NCBI RefSeq assembly: GCF_001194135.2
Contig: NC_068989.1
Span: 37,390,483-37,427,148 of the forward strand
Direction of reading: 5' to 3'
DNA: 36,666 nucleotides
Origin: Octopus bimaculoides
Lineage: Eukaryota
Part shown: positions 21,550-33,711 of the stretch, one piece after another
Position numbering within the stretch: position 1 is the stretch's first letter
Layout of the letters: each line of letters begins with the position of its first letter
Notes under the pieces: model-generated
Seen by the model: only the letters and a program-made list of their open reading frames with translations
Database searches by the model: none
Told to the model about the DNA's origin: nothing
Program-made: the position numbers and the translations under genes

Positions 21550-23384
21550 TTTGTTTCTAGATAACGCTTCTATTATTATAATGAATTATATTTAGCTTTA
21601 TTCTATTCCTTCTAGTAATACTAAAAATAAGAAATAAATATTTTAGTTTAATGCAAATAAATTTTTAAATCAAAAATATTAACTTTATTTAAACAAACTT
21701 TGAAGCGCCGAGTGAGTTGGTATTTTCCTGAAAATAAAGGAAAACACCGAATAGCTGTGAAAGCAGCTTGGAAGATCGGGTAAATACTCTTAGAAAATGA
21801 ACCCCCCCCCCCACCAAAAAAAAAAAAACGGTGGCTAGAAAGCCGCTACAAAAATCAAAAGTACTCATCAGTTTTTTATTTGTTAAAATGAGCACGTTTT
21901 CCCCATCATTTAAAGCCACCACACTACCTATATTTTTTGACGCTGTTTTCGCTGTAAGATTCCTCTCATAGAGCTCTTTCATTTGAACAGTACTATTGTA
22001 TAGCTTTCTTTTGCAATAGCTGAGACACTAATTCAAATTCAGTTTTTCGCCTTATTCTCCCACTTTTGACCTTATATTTTGACCTAACGTTTTTGTAAAT
22101 GGACCAGATTTCAATTATCTTTTCTCAAAATGTTGCTTACCGCTGGACCATCATTGCTAAAAAGAACAAATTCATATTGGTTGAGAAATGAAATAGTGAT
22201 GAAGCCTAGAAGTGCACCCGAGTGATTAAAAGTTGATCTTAAGAATATATTCTCCCATTGCAAAATATAATTGATGTGATACAATTCTCTGAGTTTGTCA
22301 AAGCTTTAACTTTAACGATTTCTTTTCCTTAGAACATAGTATACCACTGGAAGCGCCAATAATAAATAACAGTCAGTGTTTTAGAGTTCATAAAACTTGT
22401 CTCTGATTTATCTGATTTTAGGACGGATTATAAATGGAAATGTTGGCAGTTGTTTCTTCTGTAATTCTGTTTGATAACAGTTAACCTACATTTCGGCTGT
22501 ACAAGCTACGTCTTAAGGCAAGATGGTTTCTATTTCAATGAGATATGAAAATAAAAACCATGTTTTTGGTCGTTCTTTTTCATTGCAAAAGAAAGAATTG
22601 TCTTATCTGTAGTCTTATTTATTTTCTGCTTTTCGTTTGTAAAGCTAATTTGCGTTTGATGGAATGGTGTGTATCGTAGTTATTATACATTTCTTTTCTT
22701 TTTCATCTTAACTACTTATTCATTAATATTCATATCCAACGATAAATTCCTTAATATTCTATCACATAGCTTTTTCAAGTTACTTGAATTTGAATAGTAC
22801 GAACTGATTAAACATTCATGAATTATGTCATAATGAAAAGAGAGAGAGAGGAAGGAGAAATTATGTAAGTAAAAAAGAAAGGTGGAGATTATTTTATAAT
22901 TTTATACAGCTAGATGGGAACCGTTCGTAGTTTCTTCATACAGCACATTGGTTGAAGACGGGGACTGATTATCTGAAAATAAAGATAAGTGCTTAAGTGG
23001 TCTAAATATGGAACGCTATATTTCCATTGGTAAAAATGAGAAGCAATTCATCTGATTTACGAAAAAAGTTAAAAAAGTTTTAGGGAAATGATATATTATT
23101 TCCATTTATTTTTTTTTAAAAAGATTCTTAGAGACCTCTGAGCATTTAACAGTAATTCAAAGTATTCCGAAACAAGTCATAAAAGAAAAAGTATTTTGCT
23201 CAATACTTCGAAACTTATAAGACCAGATGTTAAAATGCTGCTTTGTATTGCTCCTTCGATAATAAACATGTTAATTTAACCGCAGACAATAGCTATAGAG
23301 AATCACTTTATCTAAGTTCTGATGCAGAGTTATATGTTTCTGAGTCACAAGGTTAACAATTTCGAGATAAGAGATTAGTCAATA

Positions 23385-23530
23385 CCACCAACCCCATTAC
23401 TAGACCGATACTTTAAAAACTCCAGAACGATGAAAGGCAAAGCTGACCGCGGTGGGATTTGAAACGTAAACTGCTGTAGAACTACTTTAAAGAAAATTTC
23501 CATAACATTTTGACGATCCTGCTAATCGAA
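23385..23530 (-). mobile_element. SINE family A remnant
   Basis: GATGAAAGGCAAAGCTGACCGCGGTGGGATTTGAA is the reverse complement of the B-box plus central domain. Confidence 0.65.
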
Positions 23531-24661
23531 CAGCCTGTTAAATTTTTTAACCCACTAGAAAAATTATGTTTTAGCAACGAATCAGCAATCAAGGAATTTG
23601 CCAATATGTTTATCGATAATCTGCTGGAGCTGTTATGAAAGAGATTTTATTCATATCATAATGTTGACACCCTATACAGTCATTAACTCCAATTAAAATT
23701 TCCACTCAAAACTTAAAAATGCAAATATCTCTAATGAAAGTAAAATGATGTCGGAAAAGAATAGGTAGCTATTAAAACATTGTAAAACTATCACTATTTT
23801 TATCTCATGACATTTTTTCTTCTCCTAAATGTTTTCTAAAGAAAATTTGGAGACGTGGATTGAAATAAGTATCAAATGAATCCAGTTTGATATTATAAAT
23901 CAAGATCTCTTTCCTCTGATGCTGCTATAAAAACAAAAGCAACAAAACACGTGATGTGCTAGAATTATTAAAGTTATGGTCCTTATAACTGATACAAAAA
24001 TAGATGAATCTTGTGTAGCATTTTATCTTTATTTCTTTTCTAGCAGAGTAAGAGATGGGTGAAAGATGACAATCTTAGAAATAATGGCGAAGACACACAA
24101 ACCCTGCTCTTGTTGATTGCATTATCAGATCAGGAATGGTAGTTATCCTGGTTATTTTTCAGTTCCTCCAAGACTGGTGGAAGAATGAGAAGTTGTTATG
24201 GCCCCGATGGTTTTTATAGAGTGAACTCTACTAAAGGCACCCAAGAAAATATTCCATCTATNNNNNNNNNNNNNNNNNNNNNNNNNNNNNNNNNNNNNNN
24301 NNNNNNNNNNNNNNNNNNNNNNNNNNNNNNNNNNNNNNNNNNNNNNNNNNNNNNNNNNNNNNNNNNNNNNNNNNNNNNNNNNNNNNNNNNNNNNNNNNNN
24401 NNNNNNNNNNNNNNNNNNNNNNNNNNNNNNNNNNNNNNNNNNNNNNNNNNNNNNNNNNNNNNNNNNNNNNNNNNNNNNNNNNNNNNNNNNNNNNNNNNNN
24501 NNNNNNNNNNNNNNNNNNNNNNNNNNNNNNNNNNNNNNNNNNNNNNNNNNNNNNNNNNNNNNNNNNNNNNNNNNNNNNNNNNNNNNNNNNNNNNNNNNNN
24601 CCCACTAAAAGTATCTAAACAGAAAGCTCGATATGCTAGAAACACCAGCTAAACGACGAAT

Positions 24662-24900
24662 CACGTTTTCAAAATTTTAATTTCCCACCCCCTTTTCTTT
24701 CTTTGCCAGAGGGGGGAAAATTAAAATTTTGAAAAAGTGTTTTGGGGGTTTTCAATATCTTCAATTCCCCTACAACCGGAAATTCCATCAAGCTAGAAAC
24801 AACAGCCAAACCGGAGATCCACTTTCTAAATACAAATTACCAGAAACAGAGAATAATGTGTGTGTGTGTGTGTGTGCAAAAAAACTAACTTTTACATACC
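24662..24900 (+). mobile_element. Non-autonomous element with a ~30-bp hairpin, possibly Helitron/DINE-1-like
   Basis: CACGTTTTCAAAATTTTAATTTCCCACCCC / GGGGGGAAAATTAAAATTTTGAAAAAGTG inverted repeat, then GAAATTCCATCAAG...CCGGAGAT and a (GT)n tract. Confidence 0.35.
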
Positions 24901-25104
24901 TCTCTTAATTCCAAAAGACCCTCAACCACAACATGTTCACTTTCTGTCACAGATGCGCTGGTGGAGGGGTGCTTATTTATTTAGTTACTTATTTACTTTT
25001 AAAAAGCGATTTAAATTTTGAAATGCTGATTCTTTTGCAGATTCGGAATCTCCGCAGGTGAAAAAGAGGGTTCCTGTAGAACCACAACCACCAAAAAAAA
25101 AAAG

Positions 25105-25190
25105 GAAAGCGATCCATGTCCTTTACCTCTGCCAGGAGTTGAACCAAGAACCAGCTGGTTACGAAGCAATTTTCTTAAACACCCAAGTTT
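25105..25190 (-). mobile_element. tRNA-like SINE head (family B-related)
   Basis: Minus strand TGGGTGTTTAAGAAAATTGCTTCGTAACCAGCTGGTTCTTGGTTCAACTCC has A- and B-box-like spacing. Confidence 0.55.
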
Positions 25191-25517
25191 GTGGTCAATT
25201 GTGAAAACAACAAGCAGATCATTATGGAAGACGAATTCAACATTCATACATAGAAATAAGCATCTTGGTACCAATCTATTAAATGGACATTATAATTGAA
25301 ACTATAATCATAACATACAAGCTAATCCAGTACTTATGTTCTAATGCGTACGTGTACGAGCATAAGTATATGTGTTTATGTATATGTGTATGTATGTAAG
25401 TGTATGTGTATGTTTGTTGTTTGTATATGTGCTTGTGTGTGTATGTCTTTATATGTGTATCTGTGTATATATATGTGAATATGTATGTATATGCATGCGT
25501 AAGTACGTGTATTCATA

Positions 25518-25556
<39 letters not shown>

Positions 25557-25786
25557 GCAAGTATGTGCCTCTGTGCGTACATGTACGAGTGTGTATGTGC
25601 ATGAATGTGTTTGTGTACGGGCGTATGTATGAGTTGAAGGTCAATATATGAACAGTGTACAATATTGATTTTTGATGAAACATCTGAGAATGGCCTGCAT
25701 TGCGTTTTTTGGTATAAACATAAGAATATTCAGAGTTTTGGAATTCGACTCCAAAATAATGGATTGCTAAAAATTGTTCATATATA

Positions 25787-25955
25787 GGTGCAGACGTAGC
25801 TCTGTGGTAAGAAGTTTGCTCTTCAACCACATAGCTTCGGGTCCAGTTAAACAGCGGGACACCTAGGGTAAGTGTTTTCTACTATGGCATCGGGTCGGCC
25901 AAATACCTGTAAGAGGATTTGGCAGACGGAATCTGAAAGAAGCCCGTCATGTACA
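25787..25955 (+). mobile_element. SINE family B head (CORE-like central segment)
   Basis: GTAGCTCTGTGGTAAGAAGTTTGCTCTTCAACCACATAGCTTCGGGTCCAGTT...ACCTAGGGTAAGTGTTTTCTACTAT...GGCAGACGGAATCTGAAAGAAGCCCGTC, ending in (TA)n. Confidence 0.8.
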
Positions 25956-25965
25956 TACATACATA

Positions 25966-26016
<51 letters not shown>

Positions 26017-26140
26017 TTCCGAAGGTTGTCACAGCCGGGGCGGTAGTAGGGATAAGCGCCCACTATCTACAAAATGCTCTCATATGGCGTGCGTCTCAAA
26101 AAGACACATTCAGATACACAGACTCACACAAATATGTGTA

Positions 26141-26172
<32 letters not shown>

Positions 26173-26921
26173 CTCTTTACTCTTTACTCTTTTACTAGTT
26201 TCAGTCATTTGACTGCGGCTATGCTGGAGCACCGCCTTTAGTCGAGCAAATCGACCCCGGGACTTATTCTTTGGAAGCCTAGTAATTATTCTATCGGTCT
26301 CTTTTGCCGAACCGCTAGATTACGGGGACATAAACACACCACCATCGGTTGTCAAGCGTTGGTGGGTGGACAAACACAGACACAAACACACCCACCCACA
26401 TATANNNNNNNNNNNNNNNNNNNNNNNNNNNNNNNNNNNNNNNNNNNNNNNNNNNNNNNNNNNNNNNNNNNNNNNNNNNNNNNNNNNNNNNNNNNNNNNN
26501 NNNNNNNNNNNNNNNNNNNNNNNNNNNNNNNNNNNNNNNNNNNNNNNNNNNNNNNNNNNNNNNNNNNNNNNNNNNNNNNNNNNNNNNNNNNNNNNNNNNN
26601 NNNNNNNNNNNNNNNNNNNNNNNNNNNNNNNNNNNNNNNNNNNNNNNNNNNNNNNNNNNNNNNNNNNNNNNNNNNNNNNNNNNNNNNNNNNNNNNNNNNN
26701 NNNNNNNNNNNNNNNNNNNNNNNNNNNNNNNNNNNNNNNNNNNNNNNNNNNNNNNNNNNNNNNNNNNNNNNNNNNNNNNNNNNNNNNNNNNNNNNNNNNN
26801 NNNNNNNNNNNNNNNNNNNNNNNNNNNNNNNNNNNNNNNNNNNNNNNNNNNNNNNNNNNNNNNNNNNNNNNNNNNNNNNNNNNNNNNNNNNNNNNNNNNC
26901 TTTGGTCGGCCCGCGGTAATA

Positions 26922-28150
26922 CTGGGTTGGCAACTAAGTTCCAGCCTTTTTTTTTTTTAAATTTTGGAATCTATTTTTTTTTTGTTTTGTAGTTAATTTT
27001 AATTAATTTTTACTTATTTTCAGATCATTAAAATGGAATGTTGAGTTAAGAAAAATGAGCATTTTCGACACCTTCTTTTTTCTTTTAATCAAGGTTCTAA
27101 GGCCGCAAAAGCTGCTCGCGACAATTGTGCTATGTATGGAGAGGGTGCCATATCTGAAAGAACTGCTCGAGATTGGTATGCCAAGTTCAAAAAAGGAAAT
27201 ATTGACCTCAAAGAAGCACCTCGTTCTGGCCGTCCAGTTGAGTTCGATGAAGAACGATTAAACCAACTTTTGCACGAGAATTCTTGTCAAACGACAAGGG
27301 AACTGGCAGAGAAAATGGAATGTTTCCATACTGCTATAGAGAAGCATCTTTACACAATGGGAGAGGTTCAGAAGTTTGGACCATGTGTTCTGCATGCTTT
27401 AAGTGACAACAACAAAAATCAACGAGCCACAATCTCCGCTGGTTTGCTTGCTCGTCACCGCTCAACTCATGGACACAAGCAACGATTTCTTTACCGAATC
27501 GTTACTGGCGACGTAAAAAAGTGCCTATATATCAATATGAAGCAGCTTAAGGAATGGCTTAGCCCAGGTAAACAAGCGACACCGCGCGTGAATCAAGATC
27601 TCTATCCGCGTAAACCGATGTTGTGCGTATGGTGCGACTGGGAAGGGATCATCCATTACGAATTGCTTGAACGGAACCAAACGGTCAATGCGAAACTCTA
27701 TGTTCAATAGATGGAACGACCCAAAACGGCTATTCAAGAGAAAAGACTAAATCGGCAGCATGGAGTTCTTCTGCTGCACGACAACGCTCGCCAGCATATC
27801 GCCAATATGACCAAGGAAGCCATTCAAACGCATGGCTAGGAAGTGTTGCCACACCCGCCGTACTCTCCTGATTTGGAACCAACAGATTTCCACCTCTTTC
27901 GATCTCTTTCAAATGCTATGCGCGGAGTTTCGTTCAATACTGATGCAGAATTGAGAGCTTGGTTGGATCACTTTTTCAAGTCGAAATCGAGTGAGTTCTA
28001 CCAACGAGGTATTGAAAATCTTGTTGAACGTTGGGAAGAAGTTGTAAGGAACAAGGCTGAATACATTATGGATTAATTAGTTATTTTTTTATTATACCCT
28101 TTAAAAAATTTTAATTTAAAAAAACGGCGGGAACTTAGTTGCCAACCTAA
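26922..28150 (+). mobile_element. Full-length mariner transposon 2 with both TIRs and a TA target-site duplication
   Basis: Left TA|CTGGGTTGGCAACTAAGTTCCAGCCTTTTTTT and right AAAAAAACGGCGGGAACTTAGTTGCCAACCTAA|TA; length ~1230 bp. Confidence 0.95.
27033..28076 (+). pseudogene. Mariner transposase pseudogene (single frame, 3 nonsense codons)
   Basis: HTH region PRSGRP, IVTGD, LHDNARQH, HPPYSPDLEPTDFHLF with DD34D spacing; stops at codon 4, 27708-27710 and ~27837; no frameshift. Confidence 0.95.
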
Positions 28151-29104
28151 TAGTAGACAGCACTTACGCAAGGTACCATGCAGAGTGACTGAACCAGGAA
28201 CCATGTGGTTTGGAAGCAAGATTTTTACCACACACCTATATATATATATATATANNNNNNNNNNNNNNNNNNNNNNNNNNNNNNNNNNNNNNNNNNNNNN
28301 NNNNNNNNNNNNNNNNNNNNNNNNNNNNNNNNNNNNNNNNNNNNNNNNNNNNNNNNNNNNNNNNNNNNNNNNNNNNNNNNNNNNNNNNNNNNNNNNNNNN
28401 NNNNNNNNNNNNNNNNNNNNNNNNNNNNNNNNNNNNNNNNNNNNNNNNNNNNNNNNNNNNNNNNNNNNNNNNNNNNNNNNNNNNNNNNNNNNNNNNNNNN
28501 NNNNNNNNNNNNNNNNNNNNNNNNNNNNNNNNNNNNNNNNNNNNNNNNNNNNNNNNNNNNNNNNNNNNNNNNNNNNNNNNNNNNNNNNNNNNNNNNNNNN
28601 NNNNNNNNNNNNNNNNNNNNNNNNNNNNNNNNNNNNNNNNNNNNNNNNNNNNNNNNNNNNNNNNNNNNNNNNNNNNNNNNNNNNNNNNNNNNNNNNNNNN
28701 NNNNNNNNNNNNNNNNNNNNNNNNNNNNNNNNNNNNNNNNNNNNNNNNNNNNNNNNNNNNNNNNNNNNNNNNNNNNNNNNNNNNNNNNNNNNNNNNNNNN
28801 NNNNNNNNNNNNNNNNNNNNNNNNNNNNNNNNNNNNNNNNNNNNNNNNNNNNNNNNNNNNNNNNNNNNNNNNNNNNNNNNNNNNNNNNNNNNNNNNNNNN
28901 NNNNNNNNNNNNNNNNNNNNNNNNNNNNNNNNNNNNNNNNNNNNNNNNNNNNNNNNNNNNNNNNNNNNNNNNNNNNNNNNNNNNNNTATATATATACAAA
29001 CATACGAACATAAATACATTCATACATCCATACATATATATATGTGTGTGTGTGTGTGCGTGCGTGTGTGTGAGTGTGCGTGTATGTGTGTGTGTATTTG
29101 TGTG

Positions 29105-29310
29105 TGCATGTGTATGTCTTTGTGTTTGTTTTTGTCTTCTGCTATCGCTTGGTAATCACTGGTTTGCTTACGTCCCGTCACCTTTGCAGTTCGGCAGAAG
29201 AGGCCAATAGAATAAGTACAAGGCTGGAAATAAGTGCTTGGTTGACTAAGAACGCTTTAAGGTTGTGTTCTAGCATGGTCACGGTTCACAGTGTGAGACA
29301 AATGAAATAT
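29105..29310 (+). mobile_element. SINE family B tail
   Basis: GTTTGCTTACGTCCCGTCACCTTTGCAGTTCGGCAGAAGAGGCCAATAGAATAAGTAC matches the reverse complement of 26170-26404. Confidence 0.75.
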
Positions 29311-29545
29311 AGATATATAACCCTATAATTCTGAAAAATAATATAAAAACCGACTGATAATGATACCGTGTGTCAATGAGCAAGACCCTTCCTAACCACT
29401 CAACCTCCAAGAAGAAACAACCAAATCTCCTTCAAATTAAATCTCATGCAAGAGTACGTTTGATATCCGGGAAAGGTAAAGGATGCTCACTGCTGGAATA
29501 ACTGTGATAATAGATTTGATTGGTCAGGACTGTGCTGTGAAGTTT

Positions 29546-29546
<1 letters not shown>

Positions 29547-29589
<43 letters not shown>

Positions 29590-29709
29590 GTCGTCGTCGT
29601 CGTCATCATCTTCATCATCACCACCACCACCACCACCACCACCACCATCATCATCATCATTCTCATCATCATCATCGTCATCGTCATCGTCGTCGTCGTC
29701 AACAACAAG

Positions 29710-29746
<37 letters not shown>
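29547..29746. repeat. Compound trinucleotide microsatellite (ATC)n(GTC)n(ACC)n(AAC)n
   Basis: Direct reading. Confidence 0.95.
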
Positions 29747-29904
29747 CGACTAAGTCTAATTTTTGTGGAATTGAAATGTTCTAACCATCAGCCTTGTAAA
29801 TGTATGATAAATTTGGAAAATGAATTCAAAAGAGACCAAGAGATACATTCAGACATGATTTTTCAAATCGATTTATAGAACTGCTTGGAGTTCCAGTAAT
29901 ACAT

Positions 29905-30305
29905 ACTACTCTTTTCTTTTACCATTTACTTCCTTCAGTCATTGCGGCCTTACTAGGACACGAGCACTTATTTTCTATTGGAGCTCTTTTGTCGAACTCG
30001 TTAAGTTAATGGAACGTAACTAAGCCAACATAGGCTGTCAAACGGTGAGGCAACAAACACGAACACAAATACACACATATATAAATACATACATAGACAC
30101 ACACATAAACACAGACACACACACACGCACACGCATACCCAAACCCACACACGACGGATTTCCAGAAAGTTTCCATCTACCAATTTTTCTCACAAAGCAT
30201 TGGTAGGCCCCAGGCTGTAGTAGAAAACATTTGCTCAAAGTTTTGCACAGTGGAACTGAACTGGAAGCAACGTGGTTGCAAAGTGAGTTTCTTTACCACA
30301 CAAAT
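29905..30305 (-). mobile_element. SINE family B, complete degenerate copy
   Basis: Tail (CTACTCTTTTC...CAGTCATTGCGGCC), internal CA-rich tract and head (GGAACTGAACTGGAAGCAACGTGGTTGC...TTTACCACAC). Confidence 0.8.
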
Positions 30306-30985
30306 TGCGAACAGATAGAGTCTACACAACAACAAGCCTATGAATAACAATATACTCTGTAATACTGCCATTAATATTGAAAGTTAAGATGAAGTTACTA
30401 CTAACAGCGTAGATTAAAACAAGCAATAACGTTTGATGACACTAAACCTAGAGATGTTAATCTGGACAGTAATCGCATCATAAATATATCGTATAATAAT
30501 CTCATTCATATTTATAAAACAATGCGTGAGGTTGGGTATGTCATGCTAGTAGTTATCAGTATAATTGATAGAAGGCGTTTTACTATGAAATGGTACAGTA
30601 GTAAATTTATAATTAAACATATTAATTAACTGACTTGATCTGTCAAATTATCAAGATGCCGCGACATGTGCCCACATTAATTCAAAAGTAAATAAACCAA
30701 GTGACACAATGGTAGACTGAACATGAGTGTGAATAAAATTAGTAATTAATCAACGATCAGTCTAAGGAGGCCATAATTCAGATATAGGAAGCCTTTAATT
30801 ATCATATTCTGTAGACGTTCTATTCGGCATTAACAGAGGTTCCGTAACAAGCAAACTTAGCATGAAATCCACCATGACCTTTAACATTTCAACAAGGATA
30901 GGGGAAAGAAAAATTGAGCATCCCATAAGTATAATTACAAAATAACTCGTGTGAAAATGATGTAAAAAATAAGTAGGTTAAATTG

Positions 30986-31207
30986 AATATTGATTTTATA
31001 TTATGGCACAAGGCCATCAATTTCGGGGGTTGGGGTTTAGTCGATTACTTCGACCCCAGTACTCGACTGCTACTTATTTTATCGACCTCGAAAGGATGAA
31101 AAGCAAACTGAACTTCAGCGGAATTTGAACTCAGTACTTAAAGACAGAAGAAATGCCGCTAAGCATTTTGCCCGGCGTGCTAACGATTCTGCCAGCTCGC
31201 TGCTTTA
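30986..31207 (-). mobile_element. SINE family A, copy 14 (well preserved)
   Basis: TACTTATTTTATCGACCTCGAAAGGATGAAAAGCAAA...GCGGAATTTGAACTCAG...CCCGGCGTGCTAACGATTCTGCCAGCTCGC. Confidence 0.92.
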
Positions 31208-31263
31208 GGCTAAATTTAATAATGCTGTAATGAAATTGCTCATTGGTGTTTTAAAACTATTGC

Positions 31264-31690
31264 ATGAATGATTTTTTTTTCATGCATACACTTCAAGAAA
31301 CACCTTATGACATTTCAATCCAGTTAGCGACTATCATTGACTTGGATGACGAGCTAGCTGTTTTTGCCCCAAAACATGGAAAGTTTTCTCGAAAAATCGA
31401 CAAAACTGACCCATTTGAATTTTCAATAATCAAAATAACCAGTTCAAAACGCACGTTGCTGGGAACGTGTATTTCATTCAAAGTCGACAGCACATCCGTA
31501 CATTTTAAACTCTATATACCCAGTTCTTTCATCACTGTACACACCCATTGTTTCCGTGAACTAGAAGAAACTGTTCCAGTTCTGACATGGTTCTATACCT
31601 CATCGCAAAGCCAGGAAAGGATAATTCTCTTACTCACACTCTTACATTTTCCGTACTCTAGCACTCGACTAGTTAATGTATTACATAAGT
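31264..31690 (+). CDS. Candidate coding exon or ORF of unknown function (non-repetitive part of ORF 31264-31875)
   Basis: About 140 open codons of non-repetitive sequence (TPYDISIQLATIIDLDDELAVFAPKHG...VPVLTWFY...); possible acceptor ttcaag|31298 and donor 31688|gtatat. No family recognised. Confidence 0.25.
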
Positions 31691-32639
31691 ATATGCTTAT
31701 GTACATATGTATGTATACATATACAATAAACATATCTATACACCAAACAAATATAGACCTACCACATACACATACGCACGCACATACAGAGTATGTGTAT
31801 GTATGTATGTATGTATGTATGTATGTATGTATGTATGTATATGAATGCTTTGGCATACACACACATTCAAAGTGACCTGGCATACCCTTATGCTGAATTA
31901 TTTGGTTAAAATGTGTTCCACTGCATGTTAAGTTCCTCTTAGATATTTTAGATACTTTAGTATATATATGAACTCTGCCATATTCTATGAAAGTGAACAC
32001 CTTCACGTTATGGATTATAAACTTGTTAAAAGGAACATATATATTAACTTCCTACTTTCAATATTAATTGCTGTTCTATTCATTCTGAGTTGGATTGCTG
32101 AATCTTTGAATTGCATTCATCTTTATTACACACTTTACTCCGCACAGCTATTTTTATTTTTGTTACAGATTTCATTCAGTGAACTTAAATCTTATGTATT
32201 GTTTGGACTTTTAGAGATCAACATAATTTAAGTTAACAAAATTAAGCCCAATGTTCCACTTGATATTACCTTCATCTTCAACCGCATAATATCTCGTTAA
32301 ATTGTTAATAGTTATTAATTAGATTAATTGGGTTAAGTGATTACTTAAATTTTGATCGTAGCGAATGAAAAAATCCTGTAATTCTGGGAGTCACTTTCAA
32401 ACTATGGAACGACACCAGCCAGGGACACATTCTGTTTGAAAACGAAGTGTTGAGGTCGAGGCTAGCACGATGTAGTACTCTAAGATTTAAATTAATGGAG
32501 ATTACACCCGTGTTGAGTGAAATGAATCATTTACATAATGAGTCTAAAGTTGGCAGCATAGAGATAATCCTGATTTATCCTTGCACTGCCAATATCAGGC
32601 TAATTTTTGTATATTATTTTATTACCAATTTTGCTGATT

Positions 32640-32735
32640 CTAGGACTGGCGAAATCGTTAGAACGACAGACAAAATGCTTTGCGATATTCACCGTTCAAA
32701 TTTCTCTAAGTTATTGTTCCTTTCTCCCAAAATTT
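32640..32735 (+). mobile_element. SINE family A truncated head
   Basis: GGACTGGCGAAATCGTTAGAACGACAGACAAAATGCTT...CCGTTCAAATTTC. Confidence 0.6.
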
Positions 32736-32744
32736 GCGTTAAAT

Positions 32745-33636
32745 TATTTTGTTGCATCAAACGTTTTGCAATATTTTGGTAACTTATTTGCTTTATTCGT
32801 CAAGGTACAACAAAATCAGTCTAGCATTCAAAGTAGAGGCCACCGTGTTGCACTGCTAGTTCTTTGATCCCTTGATAACAGTTCTTATCCTTTGAGGCGA
32901 AGAACTCCTTCACTGACGGTTCCATCTCCTCTCGGTGGTAAATCATCGCGAGCGCTGGAAATGAGCCGTGAATCGGAAAAAGTAATAATCTGAGGGAGCT
33001 AAGTTCGGACTGTATGCTGGTTGTGGCATTAGTTCGATTCCCTCAAGTTTCTGGAGTTGACTCCAGGTCGTTCGAGCGGTACGTGGTCTTGCATTGCTTT
33101 GCTGCAGAAGAGTTCGATTTCTGTTAATCAATACCGGGTATTTTTGCTGCACAATTGCATACGTCTGCTCCAGCCGTTCAGCAAATAGGTTGATATTGAT
33201 GACTCGACCATCCGGAAGGAACTTGTAGTGAATTATCCCTTCATAATTCTACCAGGCGCAAAGCATCACATAGTTTTTGAAAGACCGAAGTTTGGCGACA
33301 GATTCTGGAAGCTGGCCCTTATATAACCAGTGCTTATGCACGCTAGGAATGCGGAAAAATATCTCCATCGGATTATTAATTGTTCCGATCCTTGGCTTAA
33401 TTCCAGTGCTCGCGACACTTCATAAAACAGGAAGAGGGGGAAGCTTCAGGGAAGGAGTTCTTCGCTTCGAAGGACAAGAACTGGTATTAGCGTGGGATCA
33501 AAGAACTAACAAAACGGTGGCTTCAGACAGTGCAACACGATGGCCTCCATTTTGAATGCTAGGCTGCTTTGTGGTAACTTGATAAATGAAGCAAATAAAT
33601 TACCAAAATATTACAAAATTTTGTCTCAACTCAATA
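32745..33636. mobile_element. Mariner-derived non-autonomous element with two inverted 3' ends
   Basis: 32745-33020 is the reverse complement (~80%) of 33361-33636; both ends finish in a mariner-type TIR plus TA. Confidence 0.85.
32821..33345 (-). pseudogene. Mariner transposase C-terminal half (pseudogene)
   Basis: KHWLYKGQLPESVAK...VMLCAW*NYEGIIHYKFLPDG...LLQQSNARPRTA...PAYSPNLAPSDYYFFR...GIKEL...HGGLYFEC*. Confidence 0.92.
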
Positions 33637-33711
33637 GTATTGTACATAATTAACAAGGAAGCAGCATATTCACAAAAACTGATAAAACCTTTAGCAAAAT
33701 AATATCTTATA

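Larger units (their letters stand above)
26170..28236 (-). mobile_element. SINE family B, minus strand, split by a gap and by the mariner 2 insertion
   Basis: Tail at 26170-26404 (TACTCTTTACTC...), head pieces at 26900-26919 and 28153-28236 that rejoin across the TA target site. Confidence 0.75.

Noticed and set aside
24150-24261. Open frames beside the gap (FLQDWWKNEKLLWPRWFL / MRSCYGPDGFYRV)
   Set aside because: Short, truncated by Ns, adjacent to repeat-like sequence, and not recognisable.
25041-25203. Open frame after a good acceptor, SESPQVKKRVPVEPQPPKKKRKAIHVLYLCQE...YEAIFL, resembling an NLS plus a CP2/Grainyhead C-terminal motif
   Set aside because: The second half is the antisense strand of a tRNA-like SINE head and the KKK comes from a poly-A run; the frame ends in a stop soon afterwards.
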